IMG/VR virus record: IMGVR_UViG_3300031951_000028
DNA: 64,000 nucleotides
Source of the DNA: a virus
Direction: 5' to 3' (one strand)
Under the pieces are notes generated by a model. That model had not been told where the DNA came from, did not search any database, and saw only the letters and a program-made list of their open reading frames with translations. A program made the translations under genes and the position numbers. Below, in pieces: positions 9,211 through 17,972 of the stretch; position 1 is the first letter of the stretch; each line of letters starts with the position of its first letter.

Positions 9211-10698
9211 ATGGAAATTGATTATAATTACGGACCTGCTTGGGATTTGATATGTTCCGGCAATACTATTGGTATTTTCCAATTAGAAAGTAGTATTGGC
9301 CAACATTATAGTAAACTTATTAAGCCAAGAAGTATAGAAGAATTGGCAGACGTTATCAGTCTAATTAGACCTGGTTGTCTTCAAGCATATATGGAAGATG
9401 GTAAAAATCTTACAGAACATTATGCAATGCGCAAGCATGGTCATGAAGAAGCCTCGTATCTAATTCCTCAATTAGAATCTGTATTGAAAGATACTTATGG
9501 TATCTTAGTATATCAAGAACAAGCAATTTCTATCGGTACAAAACTGGCTGGTTTATCTCCTGGCGATGCTGATTATTATATTAGAAAAGTCATCGGTAAA
9601 AAGAAAACTGATATGATAGAGCAAACTGTCAAGTTAATTCTAGATGGTTTTAAAAAGAATGGTATTAACGAGAAGAAAGGCTTAGAGTTAGTTAATTGGA
9701 TTAAAGCAGGTCAACGCTATTCGTTTAATAAGTCTCACGCAGTCGCGTTCGCATATCATTCATATAAATCAGCTTACGCAAAAGCTTTAAAGATGGAAAA
9801 GTTTTTCCAAGTTTATTTAAAGCACGCGAAGCATAAAATTAAACCGAAGATAGAAATTAGAAAGATAGTGCAAAATGCACGCGCCTCTGAAATAGATATA
9901 GGCCAGCCAGACATCAGACTTAAAAATAAAGAGTTTGATATTATTAATGGTAAAATTCATGTTGGCATAACTGATATAAAAGGTGTAGGAGATAGAATCT
10001 ATACTATCATAGAGCAGTCTGAGATACCAGACACTTGGTTTGGGTTTTTGACAAACTTGGCACCTAAATTAAAAAGCTCAGCAATTCCATTAATTCAAGC
10101 CGGATGTTGTGATTTCTATCATTTAGATAGGAAAAGAATGGAGTATGAGGTCAAGATTTTTGAGCGATTTTCGGATTTAGAAAAAAAGAAAATTAAAGAT
10201 TTAAGCAAGCCAGATTTACTTTCATCTGTATCTATGGCTGTTGATACTTTGAAATTAGCTAAAAATAGAAAAATTGTATTTGAGGCAGCTTTAAAGGATT
10301 TAGAACAACCGGCCTATACTTTAGAATATAGTTGCGAACAACTAGAAAAAATGGAAATTGACCTGATTGGCGCTCCTTTGTCTTGTACTAGATTAGATGG
10401 TAATATTAAAACAGCAGTAACAAATGTATACTGTATTGATGTTATAAAAGGAAATATTCCTAAAAAGGCTATTTTGGCTGGTATAGTTAGGGAGCCACGA
10501 TTTATCAAAACTAAAAAAGGTGATGATATGTGCTTCTTTAGTTTAGAAGATCATACAGGAACAGTATCAGATTTAGTTGCATTTAAAGAATGTGTGGAAG
10601 AATATAGATATAATATAGTTGAAGATTTAACTGTATTAGTTGAGGGCGTTAAATCAAATAAAGGAACTCTAATTATAAACAGAGTAATAGAAATATAA
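9211..10698 (+). CDS. dnaE: DNA polymerase III alpha, C-terminal part (fingers, HhH, OB)
   Basis: GIFQLES, LIRPG, TYGILVYQEQ, YSFNKSHAVAF, IKGVG, TKKGDDMCFFSLED; likely ATG at 9211. Confidence 0.92.
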   Translation: MEIDYNYGPAWDLICSGNTIGIFQLESSIGQHYSKLIKPRSIEELADVISLIRPGCLQAYMEDGKNLTEHYAMRKHGHEEASYLIPQLESVLKDTYGILVYQEQAISIGTKLAGLSPGDADYYIRKVIGKKKTDMIEQTVKLILDGFKKNGINEKKGLELVNWIKAGQRYSFNKSHAVAFAYHSYKSAYAKALKMEKFFQVYLKHAKHKIKPKIEIRKIVQNARASEIDIGQPDIRLKNKEFDIINGKIHVGITDIKGVGDRIYTIIEQSEIPDTWFGFLTNLAPKLKSSAIPLIQAGCCDFYHLDRKRMEYEVKIFERFSDLEKKKIKDLSKPDLLSSVSMAVDTLKLAKNRKIVFEAALKDLEQPAYTLEYSCEQLEKMEIDLIGAPLSCTRLDGNIKTAVTNVYCIDVIKGNIPKKAILAGIVREPRFIKTKKGDDMCFFSLEDHTGTVSDLVAFKECVEEYRYNIVEDLTVLVEGVKSNKGTLIINRVIEI

Positions 10699-12302
10699 TG
10701 GAAAAGAGAATATTATTATTAAATGAAGCCTCAATGTTTAATAGCGGGCTTGGTAAATATGGGAAGAATCTTTTATTTAAATTAAAAGAAAGAGGATATA
10801 AAGTCGCAGAGCTGGGTTTCGGCGCAGGTGTCAACCCTCCTAATGACCAAGATATTCCTTGGCGCACCTATTATAATGAGGTGCTAGATTCCGACCCAAG
10901 AAAGCAAGTTTATAATCAAGATCCAGATAATAGATTTGGTAAGTGGAGATTCGAAAAAACTCTACTTGATTTTAAACCACATTATGTTTTATCTATTTTA
11001 GACCCATGGAATACAATGTTTATTCCTAAGTCGCCTATGAGAAAGTATTTTAACTACATTTTTATGCCTACATTTGACTCCTTTCCAGTGAAAGAAGAGT
11101 GGATGTCTAGCATAGCCGATGCTGATAGAGTGCTTACTTATAGTGATTGGGCCGCTAAAAAGTGTCCGATACCTATATTTGGAACACCTAAATACGGCGT
11201 GAATGGATTAGAATTTTTCCCTGTGCAGAATAAGAAAATGCACAAGTCAAGATTTGGAATAAATTCCAATAAAACTATAATTGGAAGCATTATGAAAAAT
11301 CAACCTAGAAAAAAGATAGCTGATTTATTTAGAATGTATAAAATGATTCTAGATAAAAATCCTAATACTATGTTGTATTTACACGCGGAGTGGCCAGGTA
11401 AAAATCCTTGGAATATACCAAAGTTATTACTAGAGTATGAAATACAAAATCATGTATTATTAACATACTACTGTATTTCATGTGAAAAGTTTTATCCATC
11501 AGTATACCAAGGTGATTGCGCTCCATGCCAACATTGCTATAGAAATGCCGCTTATATAAAAAGCTCAGCATATTCTATATCTGACACTAGTTTTAATGAT
11601 ATATATAATCTTTTTGATTTATATGTACAATATTCTAATTCAGAAGGCGCGGGCATGCCAGTCGCGGAAGCTGCTTATTGTGGTTTGCCAACATTTGTTG
11701 TAGACTATACTGCAATGGAAGATTATAAAAATACTATAAGTTCTATTCCTTTACCAATATTAGATGATAGTTGGGATATGCAGATAGATGCTTATAGAGC
11801 TTTAGTTGATAATAAAAAATCTGCGGAAATTATTTTAGATTATATTGATAAAGGTAGCGATGTTCTTCAAGCTTGTGGAGATAGATCTAGAGCACAAGCT
11901 TTAGAAATATATAATTGGGATAGAGTTGCTGATGAATGGGAAAAGGCTATAGAGTCTATACCATTAAATGATAAATGGAATAATAAAATTGATTATATAA
12001 CAACTAAACTAGCAGATAATAGTTCTCCAACTGATATAGCTTTTTTTATAAAGAGAATTATGAAAATTAATGACCCAGTATCTTTATTAGGAATTCATGA
12101 GTCAGTTATTAATAAAGAAGTTGTTAATAAATATATGGTTAAAAATGATCCACAAAGAGTTGTTAAAGATTTAAATAATTGGATCGATTATTATAACAAA
12201 TGTGAAAATATAAGAACTGGGCTAGAAACTCAAATTGAAGAAGATTTTATAGAATATGCGCACGTAAAGGAAAAAGTCCATGAAGATAACAATATCTCTT
12301 GA
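10698..12302 (+). CDS. GT4-like (GT-B) glycosyltransferase with zinc-ribbon insertion
   Basis: NQPRKK and YSNSEGAGMPVAEAAYCG (ExFGxxxxEA-type) motifs; CISC..CAPCQHC insert. Confidence 0.85.
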   Translation: MEKRILLLNEASMFNSGLGKYGKNLLFKLKERGYKVAELGFGAGVNPPNDQDIPWRTYYNEVLDSDPRKQVYNQDPDNRFGKWRFEKTLLDFKPHYVLSILDPWNTMFIPKSPMRKYFNYIFMPTFDSFPVKEEWMSSIADADRVLTYSDWAAKKCPIPIFGTPKYGVNGLEFFPVQNKKMHKSRFGINSNKTIIGSIMKNQPRKKIADLFRMYKMILDKNPNTMLYLHAEWPGKNPWNIPKLLLEYEIQNHVLLTYYCISCEKFYPSVYQGDCAPCQHCYRNAAYIKSSAYSISDTSFNDIYNLFDLYVQYSNSEGAGMPVAEAAYCGLPTFVVDYTAMEDYKNTISSIPLPILDDSWDMQIDAYRALVDNKKSAEIILDYIDKGSDVLQACGDRSRAQALEIYNWDRVADEWEKAIESIPLNDKWNNKIDYITTKLADNSSPTDIAFFIKRIMKINDPVSLLGIHESVINKEVVNKYMVKNDPQRVVKDLNNWIDYYNKCENIRTGLETQIEEDFIEYAHVKEKVHEDNNIS

Positions 12303-12684
12303 AAATGATTATAAGGGTGATCCTACTGAAATTTTTGAAAAGATAAAAAGGAAAGCGAAAAAAATTACAGAAGTTTATTTATTAGGTTTTAGCCAAAGTG
12401 ATAAGCAAATAGAGCGTTTTGCAAAAACAAAAAAGATAAATGTTACTACTAAACTCCCTAATTGGGACGATGTAGATATTAAGGGTGCTTCTGTCAAAAC
12501 TAAAGTTGATAAAGATGGAAAAGAAAAACAATACAACGCTAGAGCAGGCTTCCAGCGCAACGAGGAAGTTATTGCTAATACAGATATCCTCGTATGGCAA
12601 GGTGCTCCGAAAGATTATAGAGCAGATATATTGGAAAAAGCGCGGTTAGCTAATATAGAGATTATTTATTTAGATGAGGTGTAA
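12280..12684 (+). CDS. SLOG/YspA-like (DUF2493-like) protein
   Basis: PNWD...AGFQRNEEVIANTDILV motif. Confidence 0.6.
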   Translation: MKITISLENDYKGDPTEIFEKIKRKAKKITEVYLLGFSQSDKQIERFAKTKKINVTTKLPNWDDVDIKGASVKTKVDKDGKEKQYNARAGFQRNEEVIANTDILVWQGAPKDYRADILEKARLANIEIIYLDEV

Positions 12685-12685
12685 G

Positions 12686-13309
12686 ATGCAAGAAGAAGTA
12701 ATGGTTGTAAGTAGAGAAATATTTGATGATGCTGGCGCTTTTCAAGGCTTCTCGTCAGACCTAGAAAAAATAGGTCAGATTTTAGATTCTAAGAATATTT
12801 CTTTTATGCCTAGAGATGAAATGGAAAAAGACCCTTCTTATAAACAAATAATTCCTTATTGCGTGTTTGGAGTTTTTAAAGAAGGGATCCCATACTTATT
12901 CTCTTATACTAGAGGCTCAAAAGGTGGAGAAAATAGGCTACATGCTAAAAAGAGTATAGGTGTAGGAGGTCATATTAATCCTATTGATTCTAACCATATA
13001 GGAGATAAGCCATCTGATATTTATGTTAATGGAATGATGCGCGAGCTTCAAGAAGAGGTTGGTTTATACTCAGGTTTTGCGCGCAAGACTATTGGGTTAG
13101 TAAATGATGATGAGGATGACGTCGGAAAAGTCCATTTGGGCGTAGTAGAGATGTTTGAGTTGGAAAACCTATTTTTAGCCATAAAAGACGAAGCGCTAGA
13201 AAGTGGTAATTTTATCCCATTAGAAGAAATTTTACAGGATAAAGATAGTTATGAAAATTGGTCAAAACTGGTTTTGGAGTATATAGATGGCTACATTAAT
13301 AATAAGTGA
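12686..13309 (+). CDS. NUDIX-family phosphoesterase
   Basis: EKDPSYKQIIPY, RLH..SIGVGGHIN, Nudix box RELQEEVG, VGKVHLG; GAGGT upstream of ATG 12686. Confidence 0.85.
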   Translation: MQEEVMVVSREIFDDAGAFQGFSSDLEKIGQILDSKNISFMPRDEMEKDPSYKQIIPYCVFGVFKEGIPYLFSYTRGSKGGENRLHAKKSIGVGGHINPIDSNHIGDKPSDIYVNGMMRELQEEVGLYSGFARKTIGLVNDDEDDVGKVHLGVVEMFELENLFLAIKDEALESGNFIPLEEILQDKDSYENWSKLVLEYIDGYINNK

Positions 13310-14039
13310 GCAAGACAGTAGCCTTAATGCGTTAATAGAGGCCCTTAGCGCTTCATTAGACGCGACTTCGTGTACGATTTATACTGGAAGACCAGTAGAT
13401 AAGAATTATGTCGGCACAAGCCAAATATACGAAAATTATGACTCTACCATCCAAATCTTACCTCCAGAGGAAATGTATCAATTTCCTGGCAAAAAGAATA
13501 TAGCTCTGGTAAAGTCAAAGCTCGCAAATGACGATAAGCACTTTCTTAAAAAGTTTGACTTGGTATTACCAATAGAAAGACCTTTAGATTCGGCCATTTA
13601 TACAAAAACTGAGCAGTTATTCAATCACAAAAATGAACGTCTAAGATTATATTATGAGGAAGATGATAATGCTTATGAAGTATTAAAAGCTTATTATTCT
13701 GAATTTGTTAGGGATGAAAGTGTAATATTGTATTATATTGGTGATAATTATGATGATCATGGTAAGTATGTAAAGAAAATCTTAGATAAAGATAATTATC
13801 CACATACTATGGTATTTAATAATGCTTTGTATCATAATAAAGTATCAATCTTGCAAAATGCAAATGCTACGCTTACTGAAAACGAGGAAGCTATTTTTTA
13901 TAGCAAGCCATATATTTGGTATAATCAAATGCGCAATGCATGGCTTTCATTAAAAGATTTTGAAAATAATAGAGAGTTTGTTAAAAACCCAGATTGTAAT
14001 GAAATGATTAAGAGGATTAAATGCGCATTAGAAACGTAG
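13287..14039 (+). CDS. hypothetical protein, possibly degenerate GT-B fold
   Basis: Coupled ORF; LKAYYSEF..DESV and EAIFYSKP faintly resemble GT4 C-terminal half. Confidence 0.45.
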   Translation: MATLIISEQDSSLNALIEALSASLDATSCTIYTGRPVDKNYVGTSQIYENYDSTIQILPPEEMYQFPGKKNIALVKSKLANDDKHFLKKFDLVLPIERPLDSAIYTKTEQLFNHKNERLRLYYEEDDNAYEVLKAYYSEFVRDESVILYYIGDNYDDHGKYVKKILDKDNYPHTMVFNNALYHNKVSILQNANATLTENEEAIFYSKPYIWYNQMRNAWLSLKDFENNREFVKNPDCNEMIKRIKCALET

Positions 14040-14488
14040 CAAATAAGTTTCTCTATCCTCATAGGATGCCAGCAGTTATAGTTGATATCCATGAAGATAA
14101 TGAGTTAATGAAAACTTTTCTAGAAGTAGCTAAAAAGAGAGATTTTTTTATATATTCTTTAGAAGAAAGCAAGATTTTAAAAAAATATAACCCCGAAACT
14201 CCGTATGATGGGTGTATAATTAATAATAGGTACAGGTACAGGAACGCAAATAAGATATCTGAATTTCTTAATATACCAATCTTTCTTCTCCAAAAAGACG
14301 AGCTGCCCGATAAAAAGGAACATGGGTATTTAATGAATAAGCAGCAGCATTTTGATGCTTCTTTCTTTTTATCTGAAAAGACCGCAAAGTCTTGGTATAG
14401 CGTTCCGACTGAAATTGTAAATTTTTACGATTCTGATGAACTTAATAGGATTATAGACATTGTCAAACAACAAAAATATAGTAGGTGA
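14021..14488 (+). CDS. hypothetical protein
   Basis: Coupled ORF in operon. Confidence 0.55.
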   Translation: MRIRNVANKFLYPHRMPAVIVDIHEDNELMKTFLEVAKKRDFFIYSLEESKILKKYNPETPYDGCIINNRYRYRNANKISEFLNIPIFLLQKDELPDKKEHGYLMNKQQHFDASFFLSEKTAKSWYSVPTEIVNFYDSDELNRIIDIVKQQKYSR

Positions 14489-15194
14489 AAAATTCACTTC
14501 TTGTAAAGATTGTAAATTTGCTACTTGGGATGGAAACACTCAAGTCGGTTGTGAACAAGGGGTAATGGATAAGTATAAAAATATTATTGCTGCCTATGAT
14601 GAAGAAAAAGAATTTAATATTATTAATAATGATGTATGCTTATTAAAACGCGCGACTAATTCAAAATGCTCGTTAGAACAAGCCAGAAAAGAAATAAGTA
14701 TAAGATATAATTCTATTATTTTATACAAAGAAAAAACTACTAAGAAACAGTTAGAAAAAACTATAAAAGCTTTACAAGCACAGTCAATACAACCATCTTT
14801 AATATGTATTATTATACCTTTTGGTCTTGAAGTAGATATAGAAAATATCGCTACTTTATTTAAAAAATTAGAAATTAAAAATTGGAAAGTTGAATATCAA
14901 TTAAATGAAGATTCGACAGAAAATTATATTGATCGATTTATAGAAACTACAACTGAAAAGCAGCCTTGGTATTTATTAATCAACTCAGACTATCTTTTAC
15001 CAAAAGATTATTTAGAACAGATTAATAAAAGATATACTCTAGAATTAGAACAATTTGGTTTAATAAAACCAGTAGATGAAGAGCGTAATGGATTGTTAGT
15101 AAAGACTATTTTCCATGCTTATCTTGGCGGCTCTAGACAAAAATTAATTGAAAATAAATTTAACAATACGTTTGCATATTATGAAAAAAAGTGA
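14460..15194 (+). CDS. hypothetical protein: N-terminal CxxC plus degenerate GT2-like domain
   Basis: CKDC..C motif; LEKTIKALQAQ and WYLLINSDYLL resemble GT-A elements. Confidence 0.5.
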   Translation: MSNNKNIVGEKFTSCKDCKFATWDGNTQVGCEQGVMDKYKNIIAAYDEEKEFNIINNDVCLLKRATNSKCSLEQARKEISIRYNSIILYKEKTTKKQLEKTIKALQAQSIQPSLICIIIPFGLEVDIENIATLFKKLEIKNWKVEYQLNEDSTENYIDRFIETTTEKQPWYLLINSDYLLPKDYLEQINKRYTLELEQFGLIKPVDEERNGLLVKTIFHAYLGGSRQKLIENKFNNTFAYYEKK

Positions 15195-15837
15195 TGTTAT
15201 AATTTTGGCGGCTTCGCCATCAAGTTATAATATATACACTCCTCTTATGAAAGTTAAGAGGAAAACATTGATTCACAACTTAGTTAAAAAAATAAGTAAC
15301 AATCCAAATGTAAATAAGATAATAGTGGTTGGCGGTCATAATTTTGAGGAATTAAAAAGAGCTTTGTCAGACGTAGATGTACATTTTGTATATAATAAAA
15401 ATTATAGCAATGGTATTTGTTCATCTATTAAAGCTGGAGTCGCGAGTGTCGAGTCAGATTCATTAATGGTTATGCATGGAGATTTGTGGTTCAAAAATTT
15501 ACAAATTAGTAAGATTTTAAAGAATCAAAAATCCTTAATTGTAGCAACTGAATGTAGACATATGAAAGCGAAGGAAATAGGAATTAGAGATTATAATGGG
15601 CAGCTACTTTATTTTGGTTGGCGCCAAAAATTAAAATGGGGAAAAATTTTCTATATTCACCAAGATTTTCGTCAAATTTTTGAGAATGTTTTGTATAATA
15701 ATAGTACAGGGAATTGGTTCTCGTTTGAAATTTTGGGCTATATGTTAAAAGCGGGCTGTAGCTTTGAAATTTTAAACCATAAGAATAGCTTGTTTGATAT
15801 AGACTGCTATCAAGACTTAAGGAAGATAATTTTATGA
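15181..15837 (+). CDS. nucleotidyltransferase (MobA/LicC-like)
   Basis: VIILAA, IIVVGG, NKNYSNGICSSIKAG, VMHGD, DID; canonical GxGxR loop is altered. Confidence 0.75.
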   Translation: MKKSDVIILAASPSSYNIYTPLMKVKRKTLIHNLVKKISNNPNVNKIIVVGGHNFEELKRALSDVDVHFVYNKNYSNGICSSIKAGVASVESDSLMVMHGDLWFKNLQISKILKNQKSLIVATECRHMKAKEIGIRDYNGQLLYFGWRQKLKWGKIFYIHQDFRQIFENVLYNNSTGNWFSFEILGYMLKAGCSFEILNHKNSLFDIDCYQDLRKIIL

Positions 15838-16067
15838 AATATTTTGGTTGTTATGAAGTTAACCCCGATGTGGTAGGTTTTTTATCTACAATTGAAGGCG
15901 ATAAAACTTTATTTTGTTGCTTGAATAATCATCATGGAGTTAATTTGAAAAACGTGGCCATTTTTCCTATGAGAAATGGTTACTACCATGATATAACTTT
16001 TTTAGATAAATTGTCATATGAATTGACAGAAGGTTTTTTAGGTAAAAGACAATGTTTGAAGGTATAA
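15834..16067 (+). CDS. hypothetical protein
   Basis: ATGA overlap with upstream gene. Confidence 0.5.
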   Translation: MKYFGCYEVNPDVVGFLSTIEGDKTLFCCLNNHHGVNLKNVAIFPMRNGYYHDITFLDKLSYELTEGFLGKRQCLKV

Positions 16068-16846
16068 ATTATAATAATATGAACTTGCAAGATCGAGGCA
16101 AGTTAATTAAAAAATACCATATAGATGGCGATTGGTCGATGAATAGATTGGCTACTGCGCTCGGTATTTATGTTAATAAAATTAAAAGAGATGCTGCTAA
16201 GCTTGGATTAAAGACAAATTCTTTATCAGAAGCTCAAAAGAAAGCTCTATCTACAGGAATTTCTAAACATCCGACTGAGGGAACTAAACGTCCTGCTGAA
16301 ACTGTCGCTAAAATGTCTAAAAATATTAGAGAGGCGTTTCTAAAATGGGATGATAAGAAGCGTGCGCAAGATAAGTTAAGAAAATCTGCTAAATTAAAAA
16401 AGCAAAAAAATAAGCCATACTTATCTGCAAAGAAAATTGAAGGTATTCAAAAAGCTGCCAGACAAGGTTCTAAATTAGAGAAGCATATCTTTAGCGAATT
16501 AGCTAAGAAATATAATGTTGAATTCCATAAGGAAGATACTTTAGGACAGACTGAATTCCATATCGACTTATTCTTACCTAAATTTAAAATAGCAATTGAA
16601 GTTGATGGTCCAGCTCATTATAAAAATATTTGGGGCGAAGATAAGTTAGAAAAAAATAAAGAAAAGGATAATAGAAAAACAGGCTATATTTTACAGAAAG
16701 GTTATTACTTAATTCGTTTTATTAATGACAAGAAGTTTTCTATAGCTTATGGTAATAGTGTTGTAGAACTATTGACTAAATATATAGAAAATATCAAGAA
16801 TAAGAATCAAAAAGAGAAGCAAATTATATGCCGCCTAGAAAGATGA
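16052..16846 (+). CDS. free-standing endonuclease: HTH + NUMOD3-like motif + Vsr/DUF559-like nuclease
   Basis: HPTEGTKRPAETVAKMS (NUMOD3-like); SKLE..HIDLFLP..IAIEVDGPAH..KDNRK..GYYLIRF. Confidence 0.8.
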   Translation: MFEGINYNNMNLQDRGKLIKKYHIDGDWSMNRLATALGIYVNKIKRDAAKLGLKTNSLSEAQKKALSTGISKHPTEGTKRPAETVAKMSKNIREAFLKWDDKKRAQDKLRKSAKLKKQKNKPYLSAKKIEGIQKAARQGSKLEKHIFSELAKKYNVEFHKEDTLGQTEFHIDLFLPKFKIAIEVDGPAHYKNIWGEDKLEKNKEKDNRKTGYILQKGYYLIRFINDKKFSIAYGNSVVELLTKYIENIKNKNQKEKQIICRLER

Positions 16847-17526
16847 AACAAGAATTATCTATAGAGCCTATACTGCCAGACGCAAAAATAATTGAGGGCG
16901 AATTAGTTGAACCGCCATCTTACATGGACCCTGAATGGACTGATTATGTTATTAGCCAGTTAGATGAAAGCGAGTTTTGGGAAGGTATTCCTAAACTTGA
17001 TGGTCTTAGACGATTGGTTGAAAAACTTATCAGCCCAATAGTAAGAGTTAATGTAGATATTAAACCAGTGATAGGAAATAGCGTAGCTATCATTGCTACT
17101 GCAACTGTTTTATTAAGAAATGGTGATGAATTTTCTGCTGCGTCAGACGCTACTCCTAGCTCTTCTCCAGAAGGGTTTAGGAATAGATTAACTGCGCTCG
17201 CAGATAGTCGCGCCAAATCAAAAGTTTATAGAGAAATTCTAAGACTTAGAAATATTAGTACAACTGAGGAAGTCAATCAATCTATTGACACAGATGAGCA
17301 TGAGCCTATAGTTGGAAGTCAAACAATATTAATTAACAACTTAATTAAAGATATTTCAAATACTCATAAAAAGAGAATATTTATTGGAAAATTAATTAAA
17401 GAGTTGTTCCCTAGCCAAAATGGAGATATAAATGTATTAAAATACTCTGAGGCAGGAAAGATTATTCAAAAGTTAAGTGATTTTAAAGCAAAAAGACAAG
17501 ATATCCCAGATTCAGTATTGGAGTAA
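16828..17526 (+). CDS. Rad52/Sak-like single-strand annealing protein (putative)
   Basis: DGLRRL, ATATV, ALADSRAKSKVYREILRL..TTEE resembles the AETRAxxRA motif of phage annealing proteins; next to an SSB. Confidence 0.55.
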   Translation: MPPRKMKQELSIEPILPDAKIIEGELVEPPSYMDPEWTDYVISQLDESEFWEGIPKLDGLRRLVEKLISPIVRVNVDIKPVIGNSVAIIATATVLLRNGDEFSAASDATPSSSPEGFRNRLTALADSRAKSKVYREILRLRNISTTEEVNQSIDTDEHEPIVGSQTILINNLIKDISNTHKKRIFIGKLIKELFPSQNGDINVLKYSEAGKIIQKLSDFKAKRQDIPDSVLE

Positions 17527-17529
17527 AGT

Positions 17530-17931
17530 ATGATTAAAGTTAATTGTTCAATTCATTGGTGCCATCACAGCAAGCCAGGTTCTATGAGTAATAAGTATGA
17601 AGTTACTCTTGGTGGCTTATCAGAAAGCGCTGTAGCAGCATTGAAGGAAGTAGGTATTGTAGCATTAGACAAGACAGATAAAGGTATGGGCTGGTGCATT
17701 GCTCCTAAAAGCAATATCCCATTGCCAGTTTTTGACGAAGCTGGCGAATCTTTGGAAGGAGCGATTGTTGGTAATGGCAGCCGTGGCGTTGCTATTGTTA
17801 CCCCATATGAATGGGAATATAAAAATAGGTCAGGAATTTCTCCTAATCTAGCGCGCCTAATTGTTACTGATTTAATTCAGTACTCAACAGCCGCTGACAT
17901 CGCATCTAATCCAGATGTTCCAGCTCTATAA
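17530..17931 (+). CDS. T7 gp2.5-like single-stranded DNA-binding protein
   Basis: KYEVTL, VGNGSRG, YEW..GISPNL..LIVTDLIQY. Confidence 0.7.
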   Translation: MIKVNCSIHWCHHSKPGSMSNKYEVTLGGLSESAVAALKEVGIVALDKTDKGMGWCIAPKSNIPLPVFDEAGESLEGAIVGNGSRGVAIVTPYEWEYKNRSGISPNLARLIVTDLIQYSTAADIASNPDVPAL

Positions 17932-17944
17932 TTTAATCCTTGGG

Positions 17945-17972
17945 GGCGCGGGTAACCCCCGCGCCTTTTTTT
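17945..17972 (+). terminator. Rho-independent terminator
   Basis: Perfect 8-bp all-GC stem GGCGCGGG/CCCGCGCC, 5-nt loop, T7 tract, just after the SSB stop. Confidence 0.85.

Noticed and set aside
8280-9260. Split intein joining the DnaE halves
   Set aside because: No intein N-terminal block after DnaE-N and no HN/C-type block before DnaE-C
17940-17972. TTG start for the aminotransferase given in the ORF track
   Set aside because: It would translate through the terminator hairpin; family similarity begins at MIPIY (17973)
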